NCBI RefSeq assembly: GCF_005696695.1 | Contig: NZ_CP040006.1 | Location: 1,920,001-1,952,000, forward strand | Direction: 5' to 3' | Length of the DNA stretch: 32,000 nt | Source: Schaalia odontolytica | Lineage (GTDB): Bacteria; Actinomycetota; Actinomycetes; Actinomycetales; Actinomycetaceae | Notes under the pieces: generated by a model | Databases searched by the model: none | What the model saw: the letters and a program-made list of their open reading frames with translations, nothing else | What the model was told of the DNA's origin: nothing | Shown: piece after piece, positions 16,516-25,886 of the stretch | Numbering within the stretch: the first letter of the stretch is position 1 | Layout: each line of letters starts with the position of its first letter | Translations under genes and position numbers: made by a program

Positions 16516-17868
16516 TCACAGCGCCAGGTTCTCCTTGACGACGTCCGCCAGCGAAGCGGCGACCGAGTCGGCCTCTTCCTGCGTGGCGGCCTCGACCATG
16601 ACGCGCACGAGCGGCTCCGTGCCCGAGGGACGCAGGAGCACGCGGCCGGTGTCGCCCAGGCGAGCCTCGGCGGCTGCCACGGCATCGGCGACGGCCTCGT
16701 TCGTCGAGGCGGCCGCGCGGTCCACGCCGCCCACATTGATGAGGGTCTGCGGAAGGCGCGCAATGAAGGACGTGAGGTCGGCCAGCGAACGACCGGACTC
16801 CTTCACCATGCGAGAGATGAGCAGCGAGGACAGGATGCCATCACCCGTGGTCGCGTGGTCGCGGGCGATGATGTGGCCGGACTGCTCGCCACCGAGCGAG
16901 TAGCCGGACGCCAGCATCTCCTCAAGCACGTATCGGTCGCCCACGCCGGTCTGCACCGTCTTGATGCCGGCCTCGCGCATGGCGATCAGGAGGCCCAGGT
17001 TGCTCATGACGGTCACGACGAGGGTGTCCTTGGCGAGCGCCCCGCGCTGCTGCGCGTTCACGGCCAGCGAGCCCATGATCTTGTCGCCGTCGATGAGGTT
17101 GCCCTCATGGTCGACGGCGAGGCAGCGATCCGCGTCTCCGTCGTAGGCGACGCCGAAGTCGCAGCCGGCCTCAACGACGGCGGCCTGCAGGGACTCGGGG
17201 TGCGTGGAACCCGCGTTCAGGTTGATGTTGCGCCCATCCGGGGACGCGTTGATGACGGTGATATCCGCACCAAGCTCCCGGAACACGGCCGGACCCAGCT
17301 CGGAAGCCGCGCCATTCGCGCAGTCGATCGCGATCTTCATGCCGCGCAGATCGGTGCCGATTGCCTCGACGAGGTGCGCAATGTAGGAGTCCTTCGCCCA
17401 CGCGTGGTCGGCGTTGATCTCGCCGACGGCGTCGCCGGTAGGACGATCCCACTCGGTGTTCACGAGCGCCTCGATCTGGTCCTCCACGGCATCGGCCAGC
17501 TTGTAGCCGCCGTGCGCGAAGAACTTGATGCCATTGTCGGGCATCGGGTTGTGTGACGCGGAAATCATGACGCCGAGGTCCACGGTGTCCTCGGTGGCCG
17601 TCAAATGCGCGACCGTGGGGGTGGTGACGACGCCGATGCGGGTCACGTCCATGCCGGCACTCGCCAGACCCGCCGCGAGGGCGTGGTCGAGGAACTCGCC
17701 CGAGATACGTGTGTCGCGGCCAATGATCGCACGGGGCTTAGAGCCGTCCGCACGCGGGGAGCCGCCGAACTGGCGGGCTGCCGCCTCGCCGAGCTGCAGC
17801 GCGAGGTCCGCAGTGATGTCAACGTTTGCCAATCCTCGCACGCCATCCGTGCCGAACATCCTGGGCAT
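16516..17868 (-). CDS. glmM: phosphoglucosamine mutase
   Basis: MPRMFGTDGVRGLAN N-terminus, active-site loop ISASHNPMPDNGIKFF, and metal site GVAYDGDADR. The ATG at 17868 is preceded by GGAGAG. The 85 upstream codons in the track ORF are Arg/Pro-rich and unlikely to be translated. Confidence 0.95.
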   Translation of the reverse strand: MPRMFGTDGVRGLANVDITADLALQLGEAAARQFGGSPRADGSKPRAIIGRDTRISGEFLDHALAAGLASAGMDVTRIGVVTTPTVAHLTATEDTVDLGVMISASHNPMPDNGIKFFAHGGYKLADAVEDQIEALVNTEWDRPTGDAVGEINADHAWAKDSYIAHLVEAIGTDLRGMKIAIDCANGAASELGPAVFRELGADITVINASPDGRNINLNAGSTHPESLQAAVVEAGCDFGVAYDGDADRCLAVDHEGNLIDGDKIMGSLAVNAQQRGALAKDTLVVTVMSNLGLLIAMREAGIKTVQTGVGDRYVLEEMLASGYSLGGEQSGHIIARDHATTGDGILSSLLISRMVKESGRSLADLTSFIARLPQTLINVGGVDRAAASTNEAVADAVAAAEARLGDTGRVLLRPSGTEPLVRVMVEAATQEEADSVAASLADVVKENLAL

Positions 17869-17996
17869 AGTCTCTCCGTTCAGTGGGTCATACGACTGCA
17901 CTAAGCCTACCGCGCCCGCGCCTTCTCCTTGGCACGAGGCCGGGGCACGGACAGCGGAGACGCTCACATCCTGGCACGTGCTGATGGGTAAACGAA

Positions 17997-18026
17997 GGCC
18001 GCGCCCCGCAGGAGCGGGACGCGGCC
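17997..18026 (-). terminator. hairpin terminator/attenuator after rpsI
   Basis: 13-bp stem GGCCGCGCCCCGC / GCGGGACGCGGCC. Its single mismatch is C/A on the + strand but a G-U wobble in the minus-strand RNA. On the minus strand it is followed by UUCGUUUAC. Confidence 0.6.
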
Positions 18027-18049
18027 AACAGAAAATGTGCTGAGTGAAA

Positions 18050-18541
18050 TCAGCGCTTCGAGAACTGCGAAGCCTTGCGGGCCTTCTTGAGGCCTGCCTT
18101 CTTACGCTCGGTGGCGCGGGCATCGCGGGTCAGGAAGCCAGCCTTCTTGAGGGCCGGACGGTTCGCGTCGCGGTCGATCTCGTTGAGGGCGCGCGACACG
18201 CCGAGGCGCAGGGCGCCGGCCTGGCCGGAGACGCCGCCGCCGTTGATGCGGGCGATGACGTCGAAGCGGCCGTCAATGTCGAGCAGCACGAAGGGGGACT
18301 TCACCAGCTGCTGGTGCAGCTTGTTGGGGAAGTAGTCCTCAAGGGTGCGACCGTTGATGGTCCACTTGCCGGAGCCGGGGACCAGGCGAACGCGGGCGAC
18401 GGCCTCCTTGCGGCGGCCCAGGCCCGCGCCGGGCGCGGTGATGGACTGACCGGCGCCGGCGGGAGCCGACTCGGTCTCGGACGTGTAGGAGCTGGGGACG
18501 ACTTCCTCGTCCAGCTCAGCGGAAACGATGGTCTCAGCCAC
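18050..18541 (-). CDS. rpsI: 30S ribosomal protein S9
   Basis: C-terminus [50 protein letters not shown] at 18541 preceded by AGGAG is preferred. The track start at 18559 is a TTG. Confidence 0.93.
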   Translation of the reverse strand: MAETIVSAELDEEVVPSSYTSETESAPAGAGQSITAPGAGLGRRKEAVARVRLVPGSGKWTINGRTLEDYFPNKLHQQLVKSPFVLLDIDGRFDVIARINGGGVSGQAGALRLGVSRALNEIDRDANRPALKKAGFLTRDARATERKKAGLKKARKASQFSKR

Positions 18542-18579
18542 GGTTCTCCTCAGGGTCAAAGGCGTTCAGCGACCAAAGG

Positions 18580-19023
18580 TCACTGAGCCACCTGGGTCAG
18601 TTCGTAGGGAACCGGCGACTGGCCGGCGTGGGGGTGCTCCGGGCCAGCGTAAACGTGCAGCTTCTTGAACTGCGCGCGGCCGAGGGAGTTGTGAGGAAGC
18701 ATGCCCTTAACGGCCTTCTCGACGGCGCGCTCAGGCGTCGCAGCGAGGAGGTCGCGGTAAGCGGTCGCGGTCAGGCCACCGGGACGACCGGAGTGACGGT
18801 AGGCCATCTTCTGGTCGAGCTTCTTGCCGGTCAGAGCGACCTTGTCCGCGTTGATGATGATGACGTAGTCGCCCATGTCCATGTGAGGGGCGAACGTCGG
18901 CTTGTGCTTCCCACGGAGGAGGGCAGCGGTCTGGGCTGCCAGGCGACCGAGGACGACGTCGGTGGCGTCAATGACGTACCACTTCTTGTCCGCGTCCCCA
19001 GGCTTGGGTGAATAGGTGCGCAC
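18580..19023 (-). CDS. rplM: 50S ribosomal protein L13
   Basis: [29 protein letters not shown] is the canonical L13 N-terminus. A GTG at 19023 with GAAGG 8 nt upstream is preferred. The track start at 19038 is a TTG. Confidence 0.93.
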   Translation of the reverse strand: MRTYSPKPGDADKKWYVIDATDVVLGRLAAQTAALLRGKHKPTFAPHMDMGDYVIIINADKVALTGKKLDQKMAYRHSGRPGGLTATAYRDLLAATPERAVEKAVKGMLPHNSLGRAQFKKLHVYAGPEHPHAGQSPVPYELTQVAQ

Positions 19024-19170
19024 GGGCGTAACCTTCAATTCTTGTTGGTCATGGGACGCCGCGCCGGTATTTCCGGGGGCATCCGCGATGAAACGGTTCG
19101 CGCGAGGCGTCGGCGAGCGCTCCTAGCGAGTGGGAGACACTAGGTACTCTGCTGACGCACAGCACTAGCC

Positions 19171-19199
19171 ATATTATCTGTGCGCAGCCCGGCGGTCAA
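19171..19199 (-). promoter_or_regulatory. sigma-A type promoter of rplM-rpsI(-glmM)
   Basis: The minus strand reads TTGACC, a 17-nt spacer, then TAATAT (-35 at 19199-19194, -10 at 19176-19171). This implies a leader of about 140 nt before the rplM GTG. Confidence 0.65.
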
Positions 19200-19226
19200 A
19201 GCGCGGCGAATACTGTGTCACATTCC

Positions 19227-20144
19227 TCAGCCGTCGTCGCCGCAGCACGTGTCGCGCCTGGCCCGGGCCTGCTCGGCCCGCGCGCCCCATCGCGAGGGAT
19301 CGGGATACTCCACGCCCTCGAGGGTGAGCCCGTGTGCGGGGGCGATCGGCGCGGCCTTGGAGCGGGACCGGGCCCTCAGGATCTGCGCCGGGTAGTCAAC
19401 GTCGCGCGCGCCCGAGCCCACCAGGAGCAGCGCCCCCACCAGGGAGCGGACCATCGAGTGGCAGAACGCATCCGCCTCGACTCGGAAGACGAGGGTCCCC
19501 TCGGCGTCACGCTCGGCGCGCAGGGTACGCAGGGTTCGGATCGTCGTAGCCCCCTCGCGCGGGCGGCAGAACCCGAGGAAGTCGTGTTCCCCGAGGAGGG
19601 CGGCCCCGGCCTCGTTCATGGCAGCCTCGTCGAGGGGATCTTCGACCCAGAGGCGATCCCAGCGCCCGAGGGGCTCGGGGCGGTCCGACACACGGTAGGC
19701 GTACGAGCGCCCAAGGGCGGAGAAGCGCGCGTCGAAAGTGGGGGCGACAACGGCGGCCGAGTAGATGCGCACGTCGCAGGTCCCGCGCGCGGCGGCCAGG
19801 TCGCGGCCACGAGCGCGCTCGCCGTAGCGACCGGAGAGGATCTTGTTGAGTCGGCGGACGATCGCCGAGGCCACGGCCTCGTCGTCGGACTCCCCTCCCC
19901 TGGGCGACAGTCGCGTCCAGGCGGCCTCGGAAATGTCCGCGTGACAGACCTGGTGACGCGCATGAACCCCCGCATCGGTACGGCCGGCCACCGTCGTGAC
20001 GATCTCTTCGCGCGAGGCCATGGCGAGGGCCGCTTCAACCTCGCCCTGGACGGTGCGCAGTCCGGGCTGGGCGGCCCAACCCCGAAAGTCGGTGCCGTCG
20101 TAGCCCAGGTCGAGGCGCAGGCGCCGCGCGCTCACAGCTCCCAC
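19227..20144 (-). CDS. truA: tRNA pseudouridine(38-40) synthase
   Basis: LRLDLGYDGTDFRGWAAQPG and GRTDAGVHA (catalytic Asp) motifs. The start is the GTG at 20144, or the GTG at 20135, which forms a GTGA overlap with the upstream stop. Confidence 0.9.
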   Translation of the reverse strand: MGAVSARRLRLDLGYDGTDFRGWAAQPGLRTVQGEVEAALAMASREEIVTTVAGRTDAGVHARHQVCHADISEAAWTRLSPRGGESDDEAVASAIVRRLNKILSGRYGERARGRDLAAARGTCDVRIYSAAVVAPTFDARFSALGRSYAYRVSDRPEPLGRWDRLWVEDPLDEAAMNEAGAALLGEHDFLGFCRPREGATTIRTLRTLRAERDAEGTLVFRVEADAFCHSMVRSLVGALLLVGSGARDVDYPAQILRARSRSKAAPIAPAHGLTLEGVEYPDPSRWGARAEQARARRDTCCGDDG

Positions 20145-20881
20145 GCCCGAACGCCGCCGATAATGCCCGCGTCGTTGGGCACGACGATCACGTCATCGCC
20201 CATGAGGCGCAGGTTCGAGGCCGTGATGCGCTTGGAGTTGCCGCCACCTAAGTAGAGGCGATCCCACATGTACATGGGGCGCAGTCCATCCACGACGCGG
20301 CGAACACGACGCGACCAGTGAACGTCGCCCAGACGCAGGCGCTCATGCTCGCCGATGTAGTCGTCGTATGTCAGGCCCCAGCGAACAGGTCCCTGAGAGA
20401 CCTCGACGTGGGGCGCCAGCTGGCCGCCGTCGAACACCGCGTTACCGAGGCCCGTTCCCAGGGTGATGATCATTTCGAGGCCGCGGCCCGTGATCGCGCC
20501 GGCGCCAGCGACTTCGGCATCGTTCAAGACCTTGGTGGGCAGGCCGAGGGCCTCCTCAATCGCACGGCCCATGTCGAAGTGGTCCCAGCGCTCGACCAGC
20601 TCGGGCAGCACGCGCGAGCGCGGCCCATCGCGGGTGATGTAGTGAGGGGTCGCGATGACAACACCGTGGCGGATCATTCCCGGCATACCCATCGTCACTC
20701 GCGTCGCAGTGGGAAGCTCACGCGCGAGGCCGATAACGGTTTCCACGAGAAGCTCAGGAGGCAGCGGGTAAGGAGTGGGCACTCTGCGAGGCGGGGCCAT
20801 CATCGTGCCGCGCTCATCCACGACGGAGCCCTTAATGCCACCGCCGCCGCAGTCAATCGCCAACGTCATCTCACGAGTCAT
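20132..20881 (-). CDS. ROK-family sugar kinase, polyphosphate glucokinase (PpgK)-like
   Basis: 249 aa. LAIDCGGGGIKGSVVD (phosphate-1 loop), VLNDAEVAGAG, ITLGTGLGNAV and YLGGGNSKR are collinear with the actinobacterial PpgK architecture, and the ROK zinc-Cys motif is absent. The 3' end overlaps truA. Confidence 0.75.
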   Translation of the reverse strand: MTREMTLAIDCGGGGIKGSVVDERGTMMAPPRRVPTPYPLPPELLVETVIGLARELPTATRVTMGMPGMIRHGVVIATPHYITRDGPRSRVLPELVERWDHFDMGRAIEEALGLPTKVLNDAEVAGAGAITGRGLEMIITLGTGLGNAVFDGGQLAPHVEVSQGPVRWGLTYDDYIGEHERLRLGDVHWSRRVRRVVDGLRPMYMWDRLYLGGGNSKRITASNLRLMGDDVIVVPNDAGIIGGVRAWEL

Positions 20882-20906
20882 GGCTTCAGGCTACCGGATA
20901 CGGCAA

Positions 20907-20938
20907 GGGCCGGACACTCCTTGCGGAATGTCCGGCCC
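20907..20938 (-). terminator. hairpin after rplQ (terminator/attenuator)
   Basis: 10-bp stem GGGCCGGACA / TGTCCGGCCC with a 12-nt loop, 29 nt downstream of the rplQ stop. Confidence 0.5.
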
Positions 20939-20966
20939 AATGCTCGAGTTGATCAGTGACGAACGG

Positions 20967-21536
20967 TCACTTCTCGTCGGCGACCTGCTCGGCGGCGTCT
21001 GCAGCCTTGCCGGCCTCCTCGGCGATTTCCTCGGCCTCGTTGGCCTTGGCGAGATCGCCTTCCTCGCGAGCCTCTTCGGCGCGCTCGGCGGCAGCCTCGG
21101 CGGCCTTCTCGGCCTCTTCGGCGACGGCCTTGGCGGCGGTCTTCTCGGCAGCCTTCACGACGGCCTTCTTCTCGACCTTCTCCATGACGAGCTCAATGCG
21201 CATCAGGGGAGCGTTGTCGCCCTTGCGGTTGCCGACGCGGATGAGGCGGGTGTAGCCGCCAGCGCGCTCGGAATCCATCGCGGGAACGAGCTCCTCGAAG
21301 AGGATCGCGACGATGCCCTTGTTGGGGATCTTCTTCATGACCGTGCGGCGGGCGTGCTGGTCGCCACGCTTGGCCTTGGTGATGAGCTTCTCGACGTAGG
21401 GGCGCAGGGCCTTAGCCTTGGCCTCGGTCGTCGTGATCGCACGGTGTTCGATGAGCTGAGCTGCCAGGTTCGACAGGATCAGCTTCTGGTGTGCCGGGCT
21501 ACCGCCCAGACGAGCACCCTTCTTGGGGGTGGGCAT
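20967..21536 (-). CDS. rplQ: 50S ribosomal protein L17 with a long Ala/Glu/Lys-rich C-terminal tail
   Basis: [49 protein letters not shown] core, followed by a low-complexity tail of about 70 aa. Confidence 0.95.
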   Translation of the reverse strand: MPTPKKGARLGGSPAHQKLILSNLAAQLIEHRAITTTEAKAKALRPYVEKLITKAKRGDQHARRTVMKKIPNKGIVAILFEELVPAMDSERAGGYTRLIRVGNRKGDNAPLMRIELVMEKVEKKAVVKAAEKTAAKAVAEEAEKAAEAAAERAEEAREEGDLAKANEAEEIAEEAGKAADAAEQVADEK

Positions 21537-21579
21537 GAGTTTCTCCTACGGATTCAATGCGTCCATCGGACGCACGGGG

Positions 21580-22575
21580 TCAGATGGACTGGTCGTCCGA
21601 AAAGATCGCGGCGGACTCCGAGTCGCCGAAGCTCGGCATGACCGAGTCCTTCAGCGTCATACCAAGGGCCGCCAGGGACTCCTTGATCTCTTCGATCGAC
21701 TTGGTGCCGAAGTTGCGGATGTCGAGCAGGTCGGCCTCCGAGTGAGCAACCAGCTCGCCGACGGTCAGGATGCCGCGGCGACGCAGCGCGTTGTAGGAAC
21801 GCGACTGCAGGTTCAGGTTCTCGATCGGGAGAGCCAGATCGGCTGCGAGGGTGGCGTCGGTGGTGGACGGACCCACCTCGATGCCTTCCGCTTCCTCGTT
21901 CAGTTCACGCATGAGGCCGAACAGCTCCACCAGCGTCTTGCCGGCCGAGGCCAGGGCATCGCGCGGGGTGATCGCCGGCTTGGTCTCCACGTCGATGACG
22001 AGGCGATCAAAGTCGGTGCGCTGCTCAACACGCGTCGCCTCGACCTTGTAGGTCACCTTGACGACGGGCGAGTAGATCGAATCAATCGGAATGCGAGAGA
22101 TCTCGGCCTGCGGATCCTTGTTCTGAGCGGCCGACACGTAGCCACGGCCACGCTCGACGGTCAGCTCGATCTCCAGCTTGCCCTTCTCGTTGAGGGTGGC
22201 AAGGTGCAGATCGGGGTTGTGGATCTCCACGCCGGCGGGAGGCGTGATGTCGCCGGCGAAAACCTCGCCGGGGCCAGCCTTCCGCAGGTACATGACGACA
22301 GGCTCGTCGTTCTCGCTGGACAGGACGATCTGCTTGATGTTCAGGATGATCTCAGCGACATCTTCCTTCACACCTTCGATCGTGCGGAACTCGTGGGGGA
22401 CGCCATCAATACGGATGGACGTCACCGCTGCACCCGGGATCGAGGACAGGAGGGTACGACGCAGGGAGTTACCCAGCGTGTAGCCGAACCCGGGCTCGAG
22501 GGGCTCCAGGGTGAAACGGGAGCGCAGGTCGCTGACCTTTTCTTCGGTCAGGATGGGTCGCTCTGCAATGAGCAC
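21580..22575 (-). CDS. rpoA: DNA-directed RNA polymerase subunit alpha
   Basis: [40 protein letters not shown]-terminal domain, and a C-terminal domain with LSSRSYNxL-type [26 protein letters not shown] start at 22575 with GAAAGGAA upstream. Confidence 0.96.
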   Translation of the reverse strand: MLIAERPILTEEKVSDLRSRFTLEPLEPGFGYTLGNSLRRTLLSSIPGAAVTSIRIDGVPHEFRTIEGVKEDVAEIILNIKQIVLSSENDEPVVMYLRKAGPGEVFAGDITPPAGVEIHNPDLHLATLNEKGKLEIELTVERGRGYVSAAQNKDPQAEISRIPIDSIYSPVVKVTYKVEATRVEQRTDFDRLVIDVETKPAITPRDALASAGKTLVELFGLMRELNEEAEGIEVGPSTTDATLAADLALPIENLNLQSRSYNALRRRGILTVGELVAHSEADLLDIRNFGTKSIEEIKESLAALGMTLKDSVMPSFGDSESAAIFSDDQSI

Positions 22576-22699
22576 GTCTATTCCTTTCTGGCCGGTGCCC
22601 GCTATATGACACCGGATATGGGAACCTGCTGAAGCAGGCTAAGGGAGTAAGAACCCGAAGGTTCAGACGTGGGGAGGGCAATGCCCTCCCGTCCACAAG

Positions 22700-23110
22700 T
22701 CAGCCGCGGCGGCGCTTCGGCGGGCGGGTGCCGTTGAAGGCCTGAGGCGTGACGTCCTGGATCGAACCGATCTCGAGGCCGGCGGCCTGGAGGGAACGGA
22801 TCGCGGTCTCACGGCCGGAGCCGGGACCCTTCACGAAAACGTCAACCTTCTTCATGCCGTGCTCCTGGGCGCGACGAGCCGCAGCCTCGGCCGCGAGCTG
22901 CGCGGCGAAGGGGGTGGACTTACGCGAACCCTTGAAGCCAACCTGGCCGGAGGACGCCCAGGCGACAACCGCGCCCGTGGGGTCCGTGAGGGAAACGATG
23001 GTGTTGTTGAACGTCGACTTGATGTAGGCGTGGCCGTTGGTGACGTTCTTCGAAATCTTGCGACGCGGCTTGCGGGCACCGCCCGAGCGCGAGGTCTTTG
23101 CTGCTGCCAT
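22700..23110 (-). CDS. rpsK: 30S ribosomal protein S11
   Basis: [44 protein letters not shown] motifs. Confidence 0.96.
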   Translation of the reverse strand: MAAAKTSRSGGARKPRRKISKNVTNGHAYIKSTFNNTIVSLTDPTGAVVAWASSGQVGFKGSRKSTPFAAQLAAEAAARRAQEHGMKKVDVFVKGPGSGRETAIRSLQAAGLEIGSIQDVTPQAFNGTRPPKRRRG

Positions 23111-23171
23111 TTCTGGTTCAGTTCCTTCTTGTCGCGGAAAGCTACCCCGAGGGGATGCGCTCTCCTAGGCC

Positions 23172-23546
23172 TTACTTGGCCTTCTTCTTGCCTGCAACGG
23201 TGCGCTTGGGGCCCTTGCGGGTACGCGCGTTGGTCTTGGTGCGCTGACCGTGGACCGGCAGGCCACGACGGTGGCGAAGGCCCTGGTACGAACCGATTTC
23301 GATCTTGCGACGAATGTCGGCCTGAACCTCACGGCGGAGGTCACCCTCAACCTTGAAGTTTGCCTCAATGTAGTCACGAAGCTTGACGAGTTCCTCTTCC
23401 GTCGCGTCCTTCACGCGAGTGTCCGGGCTGACGCCGGTGGCGGCGAGGGTCTCTGCCGCGCGGGTGCGGCCGACTCCGTAGATGTATGTGAGCGCGATCT
23501 CGAGCCGCTTCTCGCGGGGGAGGTCGACGCCGGCAATACGTGCCAT
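23172..23546 (-). CDS. rpsM: 30S ribosomal protein S13
   Basis: [26 protein letters not shown] from the ATG at 23546. The 8 upstream codons in the track ORF are unlikely to be translated. Confidence 0.95.
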   Translation of the reverse strand: MARIAGVDLPREKRLEIALTYIYGVGRTRAAETLAATGVSPDTRVKDATEEELVKLRDYIEANFKVEGDLRREVQADIRRKIEIGSYQGLRHRRGLPVHGQRTKTNARTRKGPKRTVAGKKKAK

Positions 23547-23694
23547 GGTGATGTTGCTCCAGTTGTTCATCGGAGGTCGTCATCGCTCAGTCCGGGCGAG
23601 CAGCCCGGCCTCGGCCTCCGAACCGAGGGTCACCCACGAGTGGGTGCTTAGAGTGATGCTGTGGGGCTTGGTGCCCCGCGGGTCGCAGCGGGTC

Positions 23695-23808
23695 TCAGCC
23701 CTGGCGCTGCTTGTGCCTGGGGTTGTCGCAGATGACCATGACGTTGCCGTGGCGACGAATCACCTTGCACTTGTCACAGATCTTCTTGACACTCGGCTTG
23801 ACCTTCAT
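23695..23808 (-). CDS. rpmJ: 50S ribosomal protein L36
   Basis: Not in the ORF track because it is too short. The minus strand reads [43 protein letters not shown], with GGAGG upstream. Confidence 0.93.
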   Translation of the reverse strand: MKVKPSVKKICDKCKVIRRHGNVMVICDNPRHKQRQG

Positions 23809-23848
23809 GGTTGTTACCTCCACTGCCCGTCGGGCAGTTTGTGTCGGG

Positions 23849-24070
23849 TCACTTGTAGCGGTAGACGATACGGCCTCGGGAGAGGTCGTAGGGGCTCAGC
23901 TCGACGACAACTCGATCCTCGGGCAGGATGCGGATGTAGTGCTGACGCATCTTTCCCGCAATGTGGCCGAGAACCACGTGGCCATTCTTCAGTTCCACAC
24001 GGAACATCGCGTTAGGCAGGGCCTCAACGACCGTGCCTTCCATCTCAATGACGCCGTCTTTCTTCGCCAT
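23849..24070 (-). CDS. infA: translation initiation factor IF-1
   Basis: [57 protein letters not shown], with GGAGG upstream. Confidence 0.97.
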   Translation of the reverse strand: MAKKDGVIEMEGTVVEALPNAMFRVELKNGHVVLGHIAGKMRQHYIRILPEDRVVVELSPYDLSRGRIVYRYK

Positions 24071-24347
24071 ATCCTCCGTTTATCCTCTACATGTCTCGGA
24101 TAGGTTGCGGCGGATGCCGCTAGGCATAGTGCACCGACGAATGCCGGATGCAGATACGCCCAAGGAACTACTCTACGGCATTGACGCCCATCGGCGGTAG
24201 TCAGGGTCCCTGTCGGTTCGCTCACGTTTAATGCGTCACATTTCAGCGAAACGCCCCCACAGTCTGTCTTCTATCGACGAGGCCGGGGCTCGCCACGCGC
24301 CACCAGAACCACCAGAGGTCCGGCCGCGACCTCGTCGACGAACGACT

Positions 24348-24380
24348 CGGGCCCGGCACCTGAATGAGGTACCGGGCCCG
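24348..24380 (-). terminator. hairpin after map (terminator/attenuator)
   Basis: 14-bp stem CGGGCCCGGCACCT / AGGTACCGGGCCCG with loop GAATG. Its one mismatch is C/A on + but a G-U wobble in the minus-strand RNA. It lies 16 nt downstream of the map stop. Confidence 0.55.
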
Positions 24381-24395
24381 CAGCCACACGTCGTG

Positions 24396-25304
24396 TCAGT
24401 CGAGCGACACCGGGGTGACACCATAGGGCGCCAGTCCGGCCACTCCCCCGTCGCGCGCCGTCAGAACGGAGACACCGTCCTCGGTGATCGCGATCGAGTG
24501 CTCCCAGTGGGCGGCGTCGCGACCGTCGACCGTGCGCACCGTCCACTCGTCGTCGTCCGTCTGCGAGGCAATGTCACCACGCGTCAGCATCGGCTCGACC
24601 GCCAGGACCATGCCAGGCTTGAGGCGAGCCTGAATGCCGCGAACGTTGTAGTTGAGGACATCCGGAGGCATGTGCATCTTCGTGCCGATGCCGTGGCCAA
24701 CGAACTCCTCGATGATGCCTGCTTCCCAGCCGTTGATCAGAGCATTCTCGGCAACAACGGTCTCGACCGCGTTGCCGACCGCGCTAATACGCTTGCCGGT
24801 CGCGAGCCCCGCGAGGGCTGCCCACAGGGACTCACGCGTCACGGCGTCGAGCTGACGACGCTCGCGCAGCAGGTTCTCGTCCACTCCGGCGATAGCACCG
24901 GTTGCCCTCTCCCCCGCCGCGAAGTCAGCGTCCGACACAAAGGTTTCCCCGACGATGACGCTGAAGGCTGCGTCTCCGTGCCACTGACGGCCGCCGCGCT
25001 CCACGTACGCACCGCAGTCGAAAGACACGATGTCTCCGGGAGCCAGCTCATAGTCACCGGGGATGCCGTGAACGATCACATCGTTCACCGAGATGCACAC
25101 CGTCGCCGGATAGCCGTAGTAGCCCTTGAAGTTGGACGTCGCTCCCCCATCGGCAATGGCCTGGGCGCTGACCTCGTCCAGCTCACGCGTCGTAATGCCG
25201 GGGCGAATGGCACCGCGCAGGGCCTCGTGGATGGACGCGACGACCAGACCGGCCTCGCGCATCCATCGAAGCTCCTGCGCGGACTTCAGTTCAATGCGTG
25301 GCAT
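24396..25304 (-). CDS. map: type I methionine aminopeptidase
   Basis: 302 aa. VVHGIPG, DCGA..DAA metal-ligand region, GHGIG, and VLAVEPM..HWEHSI motifs. Confidence 0.94.
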   Translation of the reverse strand: MPRIELKSAQELRWMREAGLVVASIHEALRGAIRPGITTRELDEVSAQAIADGGATSNFKGYYGYPATVCISVNDVIVHGIPGDYELAPGDIVSFDCGAYVERGGRQWHGDAAFSVIVGETFVSDADFAAGERATGAIAGVDENLLRERRQLDAVTRESLWAALAGLATGKRISAVGNAVETVVAENALINGWEAGIIEEFVGHGIGTKMHMPPDVLNYNVRGIQARLKPGMVLAVEPMLTRGDIASQTDDDEWTVRTVDGRDAAHWEHSIAITEDGVSVLTARDGGVAGLAPYGVTPVSLD

Positions 25305-25307
25305 CGC

Positions 25308-25886
25308 TTAGTTCTTCGCCACCGAGTCGAGGATCTCGAAAATGCGAGCCGTAACCTCGTCGATCGTGCCACTGCCATCGACAACCTCCAGGAGGTCCTG
25401 GTCGACGTAGTAGGTGGCGACGGGCAGCGTCTGCTGGTGGTAAACCTCCAGGCGGTGACGCATGACGGGCTCGGTGTCATCCGTGCGGTGCTGCTCCTGA
25501 GCGCGCTTGAGCATGCGCTCCACGACCTCGTCCTCGTCCACCTGGATCTCCAGGACGACGTCAATGGACTTGCCCAGATCGAGGAGCATGTCGCGCAGGA
25601 CGTGCGCCTGCTCCACGGAACGCGGGTAGCCGTCGAGGAGGAAACCGTCGGCAGCGTCGGGGGCTGCGAGGCGCGCCTTCACCATGGCGTTCGTGACCGA
25701 GTCCGGAACGAACTCGCCGCGGTCCATGTAGGCCTGCGCCTGCTTGCCGATCTCCGTACCTTCCGCCATGTTGGCACGGAAGATGTCGCCCGTCGAAATA
25801 GCCGGGATACCGAGGCGCTCAGCGATGCGCGAGGCCTGGGTGCCCTTGCCAGCTCCGGGAGGGCCGAGGAGGATGACGACTGTCAT
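25308..25886 (-). CDS. adk: adenylate kinase
   Basis: ILLGPPGAGKGTQA P-loop, STGDIFR and LLDGYPR motifs. The ATG overlaps the secY stop. Confidence 0.96.
   Translation of the reverse strand: MTVVILLGPPGAGKGTQASRIAERLGIPAISTGDIFRANMAEGTEIGKQAQAYMDRGEFVPDSVTNAMVKARLAAPDAADGFLLDGYPRSVEQAHVLRDMLLDLGKSIDVVLEIQVDEDEVVERMLKRAQEQHRTDDTEPVMRHRLEVYHQQTLPVATYYVDQDLLEVVDGSGTIDEVTARIFEILDSVAKN

Noticed and set aside
20956-21255. + strand ORF rich in Ser/Ala (99 aa) opposite the L17 tail
   Set aside because: It is the antisense reading of the Ala/Glu/Lys low-complexity tail of rplQ. It has no ribosome-binding site and no independent evidence.
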